Origin: Stegostoma tigrinum
Lineage: Eukaryota
Length of the DNA: 64,000 nt
NCBI RefSeq assembly: GCF_030684315.1
Contig: NC_081366.1
Coordinates: 23,255,410 to 23,319,409, forward strand
Direction: 5' to 3'
Below the pieces are notes generated by a model that had not been told where the DNA came from, ran no database searches, and was given only the letters and a program-made list of their open reading frames with translations. Below, in pieces: positions 47,650 through 61,874 of the stretch (positions are counted from its first letter, which is position 1; each line of letters begins with the position of its first letter). The position numbers and the translations under genes were made by a program.

Positions 47650-48165
47650 AGTGAACAAATAAAGAAAACGGTCAGAGGAAGAAGTCCAGGTGGTGTTGGA
47701 GGTGGGCAAAGGGATCTCGGGGATGGGGAGAGGACTCTTGTCCAATGAACTGGGTATGGAGGTAAAGGTGTTAGCAGAAGAGTTCAACGTCATGTCATGC
47801 CTGAAATTATTAAGGTGGAGACACAGGGATTGAACTGAGACCTTTTGCTGAGTAAGGACATTCAGCATGGCAGAGTGGAAGCTTAGGAGGGATTGTAAAT
47901 GCATCACAGGAGGTGCGGTCAGGGAGAGGGGATGGAGTCAGAAGGAAGGGGAGGGGAGGAAGGTTCCGGAGGCCCTTGAGTATCTGAGTTGTTGTAACAT
48001 TGAAGTTGTCACTATTCCTTCATCACGTGAATTGCTCCGAAAGCTTGTGATTTTAAATAAACTGTTGGACAATAACCTGGTGTCATGTGACTTCGGACTT
48101 TGTCCACCCCTGATGAAGGAGCAGCCTTACAAGTTTGCGATTTCAAATCAACCTGGAGTCCTGTA
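47650..48165. mobile_element. Penelope-type relic ending in tandem partial repeats of another hammerhead-like family
   Basis: gctccgaaagcttgtg at ~48034-48049 and ctgatgaaggagc at 48110-48122 are complementary halves of CUGAUGA-AGGAGC..GCUCC-GAAA. Confidence 0.55.
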
Positions 48166-48689
48166 GGGGGCAGCACATCAACTTTTCAGAGATATTTTAT
48201 ATTCCTTTCTGACTAGTGGTAGTCCTTTGTAGTTTTTGTCACGCGTCATAGTCAGACAATAACATGGGAGTTATGAGAATGAATATTCTACTCATTTCAA
48301 TGTGTTCATTCAGCAAGTTCTTAAAACTCTCTTGTTAGTGTCCACATATTTCCAGACTTTTCACGTTTAGTCTGTCTGGATGTGTAATCACTATATTTGG
48401 TTACTTCCTGTGTCAAAATGAGCCTCCTGGTACCAGACTCAAAATTTATCTTGTCTCCTTATTATTGAAATATAATCTAAAGTAATATTTGGACTTTTTT
48501 TCAATTCCCCAAACATTTTAGGTACCCCATAAAATGAATTTGTTTCAGGACTGAAAAGCCCTTTTTTTAACTTGTTCTTCATAAATTGGATTTATGATTC
48601 TGGAGATGTATTTTGTTTTCCTCTGCAGTGCTTCATGCGTTGGAATATTACTTTTGCTAACCAGAATTACACACATCACTCAAGTGTCA

Positions 48690-49490
48690 CAGAGCAGAAC
48701 AGCACAGAAACAGAGCCTCCAGTCCAACTGGTCCATGCTGACCAGATATCCCAAATTAATCTAGTCCCATTTGCCTCTAAACCCTTCCTATTCATATACC
48801 TGTCCAGAAGCCTTTTAGATGTTGTAATTTTACCAACCTCAACCATCTCATTTGGCAGCTCATTCCACCCTCTGTGAAAAACGTTGCCATTTAGGTCCGT
48901 TTTTAAATCTTTGCCATCTCACATTTAAACCTATACCCTCCAGTTTTGGTCTCCTTGGTTATTCACCTATCCACACCCTCATGATTTTATAAACCTCTAT
49001 AAGGTTACCCCTCAGCCTCTGATGTTCCAGGGAAAATAGTCCCAGTCTATTCAGGCTCTCCCTGTAGCTCAAGCCCTCTAACCCTGCCAATCATCCCCTT
49101 CAATCTTTTCTGAACCCTTTCAAGTTTCATAACATCCTTCCTCTAGCAGGGAGATCAGAATTGAATGCAACATTCCAAAAGTGGCCATAACAATGTCGTA
49201 TACAGCTGCAACATGACCTCACAACTCCTATACTCAATGCACTGACCAATAAAGGCAAGCACCAAAGACCTTCTTCACTATCCTGTCTACCTGTGCCGTC
49301 ACTTTCAAGGAGCTATGAACCTGCACTCCAAGGTCTTTGTTCAGCAACACTTCCCAGGACCTTACCATTAAGTGTATAAGTCCTGCTCTGATTTACCTTT
49401 CCAAAATGCAGCACTTCATATTTATCTAAATTAAACTCGATTTGCCACTCCTCAGCCCATTGGCCCCTCTGATCACGGTCCCATTGTTAT
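48690..49490 (-). mobile_element. CR1-clade LINE 3' fragment
   Basis: Colinear with 41335-42240. Confidence 0.88.
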
Positions 49491-50929
49491 CTGAACAGCT
49501 CATGTTATAGTTTGTTCATAACTTCCTCTGACTTTGATTCAAATGCTTTGGCTCTGCCATTCAATATTTATATTGTTTAATTATTTATCAGCCATGTGGG
49601 CCAGTTAGCTTTGCTGGCTGGATGGCTGATTTGTGCTGCAGAGTGACACCAAGAGCACAGGTTCAATTCCCACACTAGGTGAAGTCGAGACAAAGATCCT
49701 GTCTTCTTGACCTCACTCCTTGCCTGATGCATGGTGACCCTCTGGGGAACCCTATGGTCCTCTGGAACTGTAGTGATTTTATTAATTACAGGTGTTTAGT
49801 ATTGATTTTGCCATGTTTGTTGTGCCTTAACTTTATCCTTAGCTATTTCAAAGACATTGATGGAGTGTGTTTGCTTCCTAAATGCAATTATTTGCACATA
49901 TCTTCAACAAACCTGACCTGTCAATATTTTGACTAACTCTGTAGTTTCTGCATTGTTGGCTCTGACACTGCTTTTAATTTTGTATCCTTCATATCTCAAG
50001 TAACAAAAATCTCTGTTTCCCAATGATCAAAGTTGCTATAGAGCAAGTGAGGTGATTATATTTAAATGATGAATAGAAAATGAAAGACCCATCGGCATCT
50101 AATCATTTATGTGGCTCAAAGTTTTGAAAAATGTTTTGCAACAATTTTTGATAAACCTGCATTGTAAACCATACTCTCCTCACAATAAAAATAGCCTTGC
50201 ACCTTTACAATGGGTTTTGCTGTAAAGAACAGACAGTGGTCCTTCAGCTATTGAAGATCTGATGCCTTCTCCCCACCTTGTTAACAGCCTCAAGCTGTTC
50301 AGCCAGCTCAGAATCAATCACAGATTTTGGCCACTAGAATGCCTTTGTCATTGATAATTGGCTACTCATCCATAGACCAATCAGCTACTTGTTGCTGGCT
50401 AAATCTACATTGTACACACTGTTACCTCTAGCTTGTCTGCCCCTTCTCCTAATACAGATTGATGATCAGCTGTTAAGCATTACTCTGAGCATTATTGCTT
50501 GTTTTCAAAATATGCAGCCATCCTTGATTTTTAAGATAGTTCTTTTCCCTTTGCAGTCCAAAATCAAAAATGCAGTAAATTACAAAAGACACTGTCTTTA
50601 CGCAATAGCAGTGACAAGTGTGAGCAGACTTGAGCATTACCTGTTCAATATTAATCGAGGAACGAGTACGCAGAAGGGGCAAATTCTGTCTGACAAATCA
50701 TAACCAACTTCTTTTGAGGAAGTATCATCAAAAGTAAAGAACCTGACAACATAAGATGCTCAGACTTTTGGGTGTAACTTTATATAAAACAAACTACGAA
50801 CAGACTATTATTTAAACGCTAAGTGGTAAAGCTTCACTATTAACTAAAGAATAAGTAAGAACGTTCCTGAAGGATAGAAATGATAACTACTCATTGGGAG
50901 GAATGTTTTTTTTAAGGCTGGTGACCAGA

Positions 50930-51700
50930 GCAACTGAGAGTATCTCATTGCTGAAACTATACATCATCTTGCAACAGAAGAAATTACAGCCAGGGCCCAG
51001 ATGAAAGCCTGTTGTCAACATACTTTAAAAAGGCTGCATGTGTTGACAAGGCCAAGGGCCAAGGCTGAGCTCTAGGAAGGAATGTAGAATGATCTATGCT
51101 GTTCATTGCACTACTACTGTAACTAATGAAGTGAGGAAATCATGTCAACTGCTAATCTGTCAGCTCTGAAGCTGCATTGAGATTGCTGATAGATGACTGA
51201 TATTAGGGTCTGTAATTTAGCCATCCCTTCCCCATGAATAATTATTATGGTCAATAGGATCCTCTTTGTTATTGTACAATATGACTATTTTTGCATTACC
51301 TCTTCTGGAAGGACAAATCTTTCTTTCCAGCAGGGATACATAATTACATGGAAATGTGTAGTCATGGTAGTTGTCTATTTTTGATCTTGGGTGGAATGTC
51401 ATCATTTTCTGGACCTTCATCCCTGGAAAGACAGTAAATTACCTTGTTAAACTCTGCTCTGGTGGACTATCTAGCTCCACTGTAATGGGAAAGTCTGGAA
51501 TGGCAATGAGAGCTTCTTCAGTGACAAAGCTTTCCCTCACTCACATTTGAGATACTTTTCTACGCACCTTTCTACCTGCTGCGAGATTTTTTTCTTTCTT
51601 GAACCCTTCATACATCCTTCTCAAATACTTGCGTTGTGCTGGTGCAGAGTTTCAGCCAGTATTGATTGGGTAGTGCCAAGCAGTCTCCTAAGACTTGATT
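50930..51700 (-). mobile_element. Very old RTE-clade LINE RT relic
   Basis: NAKIVILYNNKEDPIDHNNY resembles the RTE motif DAKIVTLYKNKGDRSDCNNY; heavily decayed. Confidence 0.55.
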
Positions 51701-51809
51701 CTGGGAGTGAAGCATAAAGTCTGACAGCAACTGTAGAGATAGAAACAGAGTTAACACTTTTGAGCCTAGTATGATTCTTCTCTGGATCCAAAGAGAGCTG
51801 GAAATGTAT

Positions 51810-51935
51810 CAGAGATAATAGGAACTGCAGATGCTGGAGAATCCAAGATAACAAGGTGTAGAGCTGGATGAACACAGCAAGCTAAGCGGCATCTTAGCAG
51901 CAGGAAAGCTGACGTTTCAGGCCTAGAACCTTCAA
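51810..51935 (-). mobile_element. Short Penelope-terminus copy nested in an older element
   Basis: gagataataggaactgcagatgctggagaatccaag...tttcaggcctaga; imperfect TSD agagctggaaatgt / agaactgtaaatgt. Confidence 0.8.
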
Positions 51936-52059
51936 CTTAGAACTGTAAATGTGATGAGTTTTATGCCATTGAAAAAAGGCACTGGGATAAGTGGAACCAA
52001 AGGGATGGTCAGGGAAATATCAGAAGGCAGTGAAGTTTAAGATAAAAGATGTCGTGGAG

Positions 52060-52655
52060 GCATAGAGTTGTACAGTATGGAAACACACCCTTCGGTTCAA
52101 CTCCACACTGACCAGATATCTGAAATTTATCTAGTACCATTTGCCAGCATTTGGCCTATATCCCTCTGAACCTATCCTATTTATGTGCCTATCCAGATGC
52201 CTTTTAAATGCTGTTATTGTACCAGCCCCCACCACTTCCTCTGGCAACTCATTCCATGTGCGCACCACCTTCAGTATGGAAAAAGTTGCCTCATATATCC
52301 CTTTTAAATCTTTCCTCTCTCATTATGCCTTCCAGGTTTGGACTCCTCTACCCTGGGGAAAAAGACCTTGATTATTCATATCCATGGCCCTCATGATTTG
52401 ATACATCTCCATAAGGTCACCCCCTCAGCCTCCGATGCTCCAGGGAAAATAGCCTCAGCCTGTTTAGCCTTTCCCAATAGTTCAAGCCCTATGCCCCTGT
52501 CAACATCCTTGTAAATCTTTTCTGCACTCTTTCAAATTTAACAACATCTTTCCTACAACAGGGAGACCACAATTTACTGTAGTTATCCAAAAGTAGCCTG
52601 ATCAATGTCCTGTACAGCTGCAACATGACAGTCCAACTCCTATACTCAATGCACT
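52060..52655 (-). mobile_element. CR1-clade LINE 3' fragment
   Basis: Colinear with 4410-4910 and 48690-49490. Confidence 0.85.
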
Positions 52656-52659
52656 ATCC

Positions 52660-53130
52660 AACCATGAAACAAAAAGCAAAGGGATTAGTAATGGTTGCGG
52701 TAAAGGAACAAAGCATTGGTCCAGAGCAGGTGGTACTGGCAGAATAAAGGTCAGCCCTGATTGAAAGGGAAAACATAAAAAGGAAATACACAGACTCTTT
52801 TGGTAGGAGGGTTGGGGGAGAATATATCAAAATGAAGTCTGAAGTTGTTGAACTTAATATTAGAGACTGAAAAATGCCTAAACAGAAAACTAAGTGTTGT
52901 TTCCTCAACCTATGCTGGACCTCACTGGAACATTGCAGGAGGCTTCAGGCAGAAATGTGAGAAGGAGAACCACTTGGTGTATTCGAGTAGCTGATGCCTG
53001 AAAAAATCAGGATCATGCTTATGGACTGATTGGAAGTGTTCTGTACAGTGGTCAGTCAGTCCATGTTTGATCTCCCCATTGTTGAGGAGACCACATTCTG
53101 AACAGCAAATATAATAGGATGGATTGAAAG
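52660..53130 (-). mobile_element. Penelope-like GIY-YIG relic
   Basis: YYICCSECGLLNNGEIKHGLTDHCTEH resembles VYCIRCSRCGLLYIGETKRRLGDRFAEH. Confidence 0.75.
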
Positions 53131-55929
53131 AAGCATTTGGATTTTTGGCAAGTTTTTGATGAAGTCCCATATAATAGGTTATTGTACAAAATGAAAGCAA
53201 ATGGAATTGGGGACAACTGGATTGGATTGAGAATTCTTTTCTAGAATATGTATTGCTGGGCCAAACTCTTAAAATTTCCCTCATACTGGTTTTGTGGGTC
53301 AACCCACAGCATATGGATTGCAGTGGTCCAAGAATGCAACTGACCACCATCTTCTTGAGGGCAACTGGAGATGGGTAATAAATGCTGGCCCAGCCAGTGA
53401 GACCCGTGTGCTAAGAATGAATAAAGTAAAAATTGTGGAAGACAACATTAACAGAAAAGATGTAAGAGAGATGGGGAAAAAAATGGAGGAATCAAATGGA
53501 GTCTTTACATGAAGCACCCTGTGAAGAAGTGTAGTCAGTTGAAATGAATGTGGATAAAACTGGACACTGTAAATTGACCCACAGGTGGAGAAATTGGTCT
53601 GATAGAAAATTGACCAAAGTAAATTAAAAGCAGCCAGCAGCTATTGACTACAGAGAACAGTGGAAACCAAGGTTAAAGAGGTCACAAAGATCCTGGCGAA
53701 ACCAGTTACAACCAGTCCAAAGGCTGTGTGTTGGAGAAGTATCAGTCAGATTTTCTGGCACCTTGACTATCAGCCAGTGCCTGAGGATGTGCACCTTACA
53801 CCTCCCTGACATGGCAACAGTGAAGGATGTTGACGCGACCTCATTGGATGCTTTGAAATTCCACTCATGACCCCATTGATATAGATCACAGAACATTCTG
53901 GAAGGTCTAGCATGAGGAGGTTAAAAATAAGCACCTGGAAGCCACCCCACAGTGAAGATTCACAGCAAGACTCACGGCAGAAGACCGTGTGGTAACCCAA
54001 GAAGACCCAGGAGAAGATCTGCTCTGACCCGAGCAACCCATTTGTGTTAAAGTGAGCCAGCCCTACATCAGCAAGGAAGGAGATGCCAACTGCTCAGCTC
54101 AAACATGTGAATTGCTGCAGGTAATATCCTTTCTCAAAGGGATGGAGCTGGATAGAGAGTAGATATTGTGGGAATCTGGGAAATGCTCACATAGTGTTTT
54201 CATTAAGGAATATTTTGGTAATAAACTGAATTCTATGTCTCTTTGTTCACCTCACCGACAAAAGCACTCGGGGAAAGTATTTTTAATACATAAACTGGTA
54301 AAAATGTCCAAAGCAAAGACAGCACGAATAATTGTAGTTCAGTTCTCCAGCACTTGCAGTGTTGTAGTGTTGTTGTTTTGGTGAAGGGGAAACTTGATGA
54401 ACAACTTATATTCATAGAGTACTTTTCATTTAATGAAACATCCCAAGGTGCTCCTGAGGAACATTATAAAACAAAGCACGACAGTGAGCTCCGTGGGAAG
54501 ATATAAGATCCACGAAGGGGTGTCTTAAAGGATGAAAGTGAGGTCCAGACTTGTAATGAGGGTATTCAAGAGCAACTGAAGATGCAGTCACCAATGGTGG
54601 AGCAATTTGAAAACCATTAGCATGCAATAAATGTGGAATTTCCTGCATACAGTGAGATAGGGGTCAGCAGATCAGAAACCTGTTTATAATTTAATCCAAA
54701 CAGTAATATCACTCAATCTGTCCCAAAGGCTGAATTCTTAATTTTACAAAAAAGATTGCACTCTTGGAAAACATGCTCTAGGCTTGCACGTTCCACATTG
54801 TTACTTATTGAATTATGTGCCATACCCTAATCATACTTTTTAAGGCACTTGCCTGAATCACAGTGCAGTGAGTGAGGCAGCAGGGGAGCAATGTCAAAGA
54901 CAATGCCACTGCATGTGCGCTAAAGATATGTCCTGAAGTTGCAGTGACAGAAAATGCAGGCATTTACAACATCTTTCCCTTGTTTTTTTAATGGTTTTTT
55001 TGTACCATAAATAATCTTTAATTATGGAAACCTTCTCTCTTTTGTTGCAGGCTGTCAATTGGTTGTGTTACATAAAGATCAAAGTGTGCTCTTTGTTCAA
55101 CAACCCCAAAGCTTTTTTTAAATTCATTTTAATTAGCAGAGATCTCCTGTGTCTGAAAGAACAGGTATTCCTTTGTAAAAATCTTATTCAAATTTATCCA
55201 ATTAAACCTGTTTGGCTGCAAGGATGTGTGTTGTAGTTGTAATTCCACAGAGGTTTGTATAATTTGCCATGCTATGTGAATTCCATCAAGTCCATGTATG
55301 TTTAAAACAATGGTCATATGTTGTGCAAGTTCTCTGTGTCTTTGTTAGTCAGACCAGAGGCACCATGCAGTTAAGAGGCTGAGGTGGCAGAATAAAGCAG
55401 AGGGAAGAGTGATGGATATGTTCCAAGGTCTGCTAAAGCCATTTAAGAAATAAGGGGGTTGTGGAGGTTTGAGGCCAGCCTGGACTCTTGAGCAACTCTG
55501 AAGTGGGCTTATGGCTGTGGGGAAAGGCTCGGGAAGAAGAGGGGATGGGGCAGCTTCCAGTCAAAGCTTAATGGAATGGTTATGGGTAAGCTAGAAGATT
55601 CATACATGAGGTAGGAACTGCAGTCTTGTAGAGCAGAGAGTGGACAAGATTGTTGATTTTGTAGCAAGACACAGGGAGAATTTTTTTTTGAAAAAAAATT
55701 AAATACTTTTGCAGATTCAGATCTCTCCACTGAAGATGTAACCTCTCCTCTTGTCTTCTTCATTCCAATTATAGTTGAGGGGGCTAACAGTAATGCATGC
55801 ACAGCGTGCACAGTGCATCTGTGTAAGGTACAAGAATAGCAGCATGACAGGACTGTCCAGCAGTTCTCAGTCACTGCCTGAGAAATAAATGGTGTCAAAG
55901 AATAGGATTTAGGAGAGACTGAGAAATTA

Positions 55930-56710
55930 TCAGACAACTTCGTAAAATACCAAACGGTTAGCGATCGTTCGATAAGTGATTATAGGCAAAGCTTGTGAAC
56001 TTGACGGAACATTATGTGGGAAAATGTGATGTCGTGCACTTTGCCAAGAAAAATAAATTTTTAAATGGAGAAAGACTACAGAATGGAGGGATTTTGGGCT
56101 CCTTGTACATGAATCTCAAAAAAAACTAGCATCCAAGATCAGTGGGTGAAATGAAAGGCAAATTGAATATTGGCCTTTATTTCAAAGTGAATAGAGAATA
56201 AAAGGAGAGAGAATTTGCTTAAAAAATATACAAGGCACTAATCAGACCACAGCTGGAATACTGCAAACAGTTTTGGGCTGCTTAGCTAAGAAAAAGATAC
56301 ACTGGCAGTGGAGGCAGTCCAGAGCAAGCTCATTAGGCTGGTACTAGGTATGATGGACTGTCTTCTGAAAAGAAGTTGGGTAGATTGGGTAGTACTCATT
56401 GGAATTTAGAAAAATAAGAAGCAAAATTATTGAAACATGAAAGATTATTAGGGCACTTGATGGGATAGGCGTAGAAAGATTATTTACCCTTCTGGGAGAG
56501 TCTAGAACCTAATCTCAGAATAAGGGGTTACGTAGTTAAGACACAGATGAGGAGGACCATATTCTCTGAGTAGTAAATCTGTGAACTTTTCATGTAGAGG
56601 TTCAGAGAAGCTGGGCCATTAAGTACATTCAAGACTGAGATGGACAGATTTTTAATCAGTAAGGAAATCAAGATAAAAGGCAGAAAAGTGGGGTGGAGGA
56701 TTGAGATTAG
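55930..56710 (+). mobile_element. CR1-clade LINE 3' fragment
   Basis: tacaaggcactaatcagaccacagctggaatactgcaaacagttttgg (YKALIRPQLEYCKQFW) and a CR1 3' region. Confidence 0.85.
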
Positions 56711-57480
56711 CAAGAACCTTTTCCCTTATCTTTGATATCTGTGTGCACCATGACAACTAAACTCTTGCCCTCCTGCTGCAAGTTTTTCTCCAGCTCAGAA
56801 GAGATGTCCTGAACTTTGGCGCCACGTCGACAACACAGCCTTTGGAACACTCCTTGCTGCTGAAAAGAGTGTCTATTCCCTCCAATATCTACTCTGACTA
56901 CTACATATCTCTTTTCTCCCCACTTGAATGGTATTCTGTACCATGGTGCTTTGGTCAGTTCGTTTAACGTCCTTCTAGTCTGTGCCCCCGTCCACACTGG
57001 GATAAAGAATCTAATACCCATTGGAGAAGTACACTGGCTGATGCTCCAAAGCTAAATTCTGGATCTTAACATTTGCCCATAGTGATATCCCCCCATCTCT
57101 GACCATGGATCAAATTTGATGTATTTAATTGAATGGGTGTGATTGCCTCCTGAAACATTGTCCAGTTACTCCTTCCCTCTGCCTGATTGCATCGCAACGT
57201 CTGCAACAGTGTTCCTCTAGTCTTCTTATCAGCTGCGTTTGGTCTCTGAGGCCTCAGTGCGGCAGCGACTTCTAGAACTGGAAGACAATGCTGTGCTTGC
57301 CACACTGGCTCCGATCACCATGCATGGAACAGTGGAAAGGCTGCTCACACTCTCGGTCATGCAGTTTAAAGGGAGTGGTCCCTGCAACACAGCCACCAGT
57401 TCATCAATTCAGAGCTGAAGTTCCTCGAGCTCACAGTGACCACAATTGACCATAACAGCTGCAACATATCTCCTACACAG
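56710..57480 (-). mobile_element. CR1 ORF1 relic (SGNH esterase-like domain)
   Basis: RLCCRRGAKVQDISSELEKNLQQEGKSLVVMVHT resembles CR1 ORF1 VCCLPGARVxDVSERL...EGEQPVVVVHVGTND. Confidence 0.7.
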
Positions 57481-60217
57481 CCATCTCCATTCCACTTAAT
57501 TGATGAATTTGGATGTTAAGTATTTTAAAAGTGAATTCCCTAACTGTACTCTTCTGCTGAATTGAATTAGCTTTATTGCCACATGCACTCAAATGAAAAG
57601 TTTGTAATTCACCACTTACAGTGCCAACTTGGGTATAGAGTAGCTTTGTACAATCCTTAGTTATAGAATAGAGAAATGAAAGCAAAGTTACATTACAGCT
57701 GTACACAGTAGGTCAGAAAAACAAGAGTTAAAAAGACAAATATTACAGTCTGTCTCTAATGGCTCTCCACAGATGATGTTGACCTACTGCACACACACTG
57801 GCATTCTGGACATTTCTGCCTCTGTCTCCCTGCATCAATGGACACCACAGCCAATTTTCTCTTCCCTGTATAAAATACACCAAGCTATTAGCTCCCAGCA
57901 GCAAACATGGAGACTTCCCATCACCAAAGTATCAAAATTCAAAATAAAGCTAAACTATGTTTTCCCCCATCTTAACACAAAGCATAGAAATACAAATCAA
58001 ACCTAAAGCAATGCGTCATTGCTCTGCTTTCAAATACATACTCTCAAACAATAACAATGTATTATGAACTTTCTCATTCCTTGTCATTCAGTTTTAATTC
58101 TAGGTTGACATAATACTATGTTTGCTTCTTTGAAGCATTCTCACACTACTAGCTGCTGTTATTACAGATTCATGTTGAGACATTTCATTTGAATGTTGAT
58201 TTGTCTGTCTGACCTACACTGTGCATTCAACATAGCTCTTATTCCAAATTTCAAATTTTCTTCTTTATTAATTCTTACTGTAATGATAAGATATCTAAAT
58301 TTATTTAGTTTCAACTCACCTTATGCAAACTCTTGAATTACCTGTTGAATACCAGACCTGTTTTCATGTGTAAGATTGTCCAGCACCTATACTAATTTGA
58401 GTAAGGCATATATTCTGGCACCTCTCATCATCTGGATGGTGCCCAAGGAAAGCTTGGAAACGTCTTACAATCTAAAACCCAATTTCATGCCTTTCCTTAT
58501 TTGCAGAGTTTCTCGAAATAATTATATATATTTACAGAACTATTTATCATCTTGCTACTGAATAAACCTTTCCCAAGAGTACATCAAGTAGATTCCTGGA
58601 TGAATAGGCAGTACACGCACCTGATACTTTAGGTATGTACTGCTCTGCATAATCCATCAGCTTCAGTTCGAATGTTCTGGGGTGGAGATGGAGTACATTG
58701 ATACCATTCAATCTCTCGAAGGGAATGGTAACCTTACAGCTTCTAACAAAGATGGAACTTCTTTTTAAGATTAGATTTGAAACTTCTATTTCAGTTTTGA
58801 AATGAGCCAATTGTATCTTCCTGGAAACATCCACAGTAAAGAGAAACACTGTCTTTTTTGTGTGATTTTTATTTCATTTAAGAATAAGTTTCAGTTCAGC
58901 AAAAAAAACTGTCCCAACCTTTTCTGATCTCTGTGACTCTTAAATTAAGTGAAATAAACATGATGAGGGCACCTTGAAGAGTTGTGCACATTTCTTGACA
59001 GGCGATTAATGATGTTTAGTCGTAACGTAAAGTGATACGGGCAAATCCTGTAAAACTCAAAAGTAGTTTGACACGAAATGATTTGTTTTGATAAGGATAT
59101 TAGGAAACTGTAGATAAACAGCCTGTTTGTAAAGTTTTGAACAACTTACCATTTAAACATTAATTCAGGGAATTTAATATGAACAAAACAAAATGATGTT
59201 TAGTCCATTCAATAATTGGGATTCAATTAAAAAGAACATGCTATTTGCACATAATGAAAAGTCCATTGGTAAAGCTTCAAAAAAGTACATACCATTCATT
59301 GAGTCTCTGAGGCCTGTGGAATTCGTTCAGTAAACTTTTCTCTCCTTTTTTAAAAGCTTTCCAAACTTTCATCCCTTCAACTAAGCTTTTGGTTATCTTT
59401 CACAAAAGTTCCTTTCCAGTCTTAGCATACGTTTTCCCTAGGCTTGCCTAGCAAGCCACTTCATAAAGTTTGTAAATGACCCTATTTAAATGCAACTTGT
59501 CACAAATATCAAAAATGATCAGTAGATTCTGGGTGGTTCAATATGAATATGTAAACTTGAAGACTTAATTGTTCCCTGCCTGGTTTCTGCTGACCAAATA
59601 AAATTAAAATTGATTTAATATTTCAAAATGTTGGTCAGGTTTGCACACCTCTTTAAGGATGTCATCTAATTCCATTTGGATAAGCTATTTCAGTGGTACT
59701 TGCAACTGGTACTCTTCCAAAACAGAGCCACAGTGAACAGCTCTCATTTCACTCTACTATGAGTGGCCAACTCTTCTCATAAACTGGGCCTGAATTGTCT
59801 TTCTAAGCCATAGCTCTGACAATCAATTAGACAGCTTTAGCTGAAAAAGTGGTTTCAAAAATTTGTTTACTTTTATTTCTTTGACCAGTGACTCATAATT
59901 TAACTTGCTGATTTTGTAAAATACAACTAAAACCTTCATTTGTGAAACACAATATTGTGGCAATATAGATGACTAATAACAGGCAAGCAAACCATTGAGT
60001 TCACGAGCAATAAATGCTAGTCTTGCCAATGACACTCCCAAACCACAAAAGAATAAAATACAAATTTAGAATGATTGTTCTTTCACTGATATGAGTGACT
60101 GAATTCTTACGATCAAGAGTAATGGAGTTTCTGACCAGTAGAAATTCCAATACTTGCACTGAGGCCTGAGTCATTATCATTTTTGATAGTGCAGTCAGGT
60201 TTTTTTTCAATAATGAA

Positions 60218-60307
60218 GACCAGGGTTTGAGTGAAGATTTGTAGCTAGTAAGGGAATGAAACTTCTTGCGATCAAATCTCCCAGCTCGGCGAACACACCA
60301 ACATCTA
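60218..60307. mobile_element. Small element related to 24225-24530, with 9-bp TSD
   Basis: gtgaagatttgtagct is the reverse complement of agctacaaatcttcac (24505-24520); TSD caataatga at 60208-60216 and 60308-60316. Confidence 0.6.
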
Positions 60308-61874
60308 CAATAATGATGATCATAATGTAAGCATTTTCAGCTCTACGCAACCCTTTGCATGTTCATTCTTTTTTTAAAAAAGACAAATCTGAGAGGTCTC
60401 GGTTGACAGCGATTTCCATAAGTAGAATTTTAAGGATACCATGTTGAATGTTACATTGCATTATTAAAGTCCTGGAGGGGCCCTCCTGCCCTCTCTGTGG
60501 ATGGTGAGGTGACAGCAGTGTAGCATTTGAAAGGAGTCAGTAGAGCTGAACAGAATTCAAGCTGCTGCAGGTGTATCATTAAATTGAAAGGGGACTGAGT
60601 TCCATCAACAACGCCACTGTAACAAGAATGCAAGGGGTAATGGACACCTTCTCCTGCTTAAAATGTAATTCAGTATGGGGAAATTTCAATTATTCCTAAA
60701 TAATTTTAAGTATTTATCTTGCTAATCACATCAATGTCCCTATATTTAAAAAATGTCAAAGTATTTTTTAAAAATGCTAAGAAAAATACATAGCCACTGA
60801 ATATTTTAACTGCAGTGAGAAATGTTAATTCTAAAGTGTCTTTTCTAGAAATATGAGCCCTGTATTGTGTCACTGTTCTAGTAACCACATCTCTAGTTCC
60901 AAAAATAAATTGCTTCTGTGCTAGCTAAAGGGGAAATCAGTTTCAGGTGGTGCTTTGGAAATAATGTGAAATCTTTTTGTTAACTAGTTGGTTAACTTTC
61001 TGTTCAAACTTGAATACTTTGAATAAAATCAGAACACTGAAATACAACAGAGGTTTTAAAGAAGGAATTTGTGCTAACATTGGCCTGCAGACGTTGATTA
61101 ACTTGCTCTCGGTTTTTGTCATTGTCTAATCGTTTTCCCTTTAGATTACCAGCATTTGCAATTTTCAACTAGTCAATTTTCAACTTTTCTTTCCTGGCTC
61201 CTTTTAAGTTTATCTTTATATTTTTGCTCAGATTTTCTGTTTCTTTGCTTTGGACTACAACAATTTTTGCCGGTATATCATGGCTGTAAAACTTCCTTAT
61301 GGGAGGAAAGTTCAGTCCATACTTTTACTTTTTGTGAACTATGAACCAAGGTTTATTATCTCAGAACTTTAGAATTGCTTTATCCATTTGATTACTGAAT
61401 GGCTTTAGACTCGCTCAAAAAACCTTTCCCAAGTGATAGGCATTAGTTATATGTCTAGCCGTTGTATTTGCATTTGACTTCCTGGTGTCCCAACCAATTA
61501 GATAATGGGAATCACAATGCATTATGGTACAAATACTTACAATGCTATCCTTATTCAAACTCACATGATTGCCACGTAAGACCAGTGTTAACACAATCAC
61601 AACAATGGAAACAAAAGGTAAAACTGAATGATTCGATTTTCTGGCAGTCATTTTAAAAGTAAGCCAAGAATCTGAGAAGTCTTAATCATCTTTAAAGTTA
61701 TCATGTTAAATATTTAATTACATCTCTAATAGTGGTCTCCTACCTTCACTGATGAAAACCCCCATCAGTTTTGTTCAGTTTCACTATTCAAGAAGACCCT
61801 GTGAAAGTCAGAATTGAAGAATGGCAGAGACAAGTCCACAGAGAAAGAAACTGTGGAAATGAAGATTGAATGTA

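Noticed and set aside
58547-58849. 100-aa minus-strand ORF preceded by an acceptor-like sequence
   Set aside because: Non-ATG start, no family resemblance I can recognise and no partner exons; blastp or RNA-seq would be needed to revive it.
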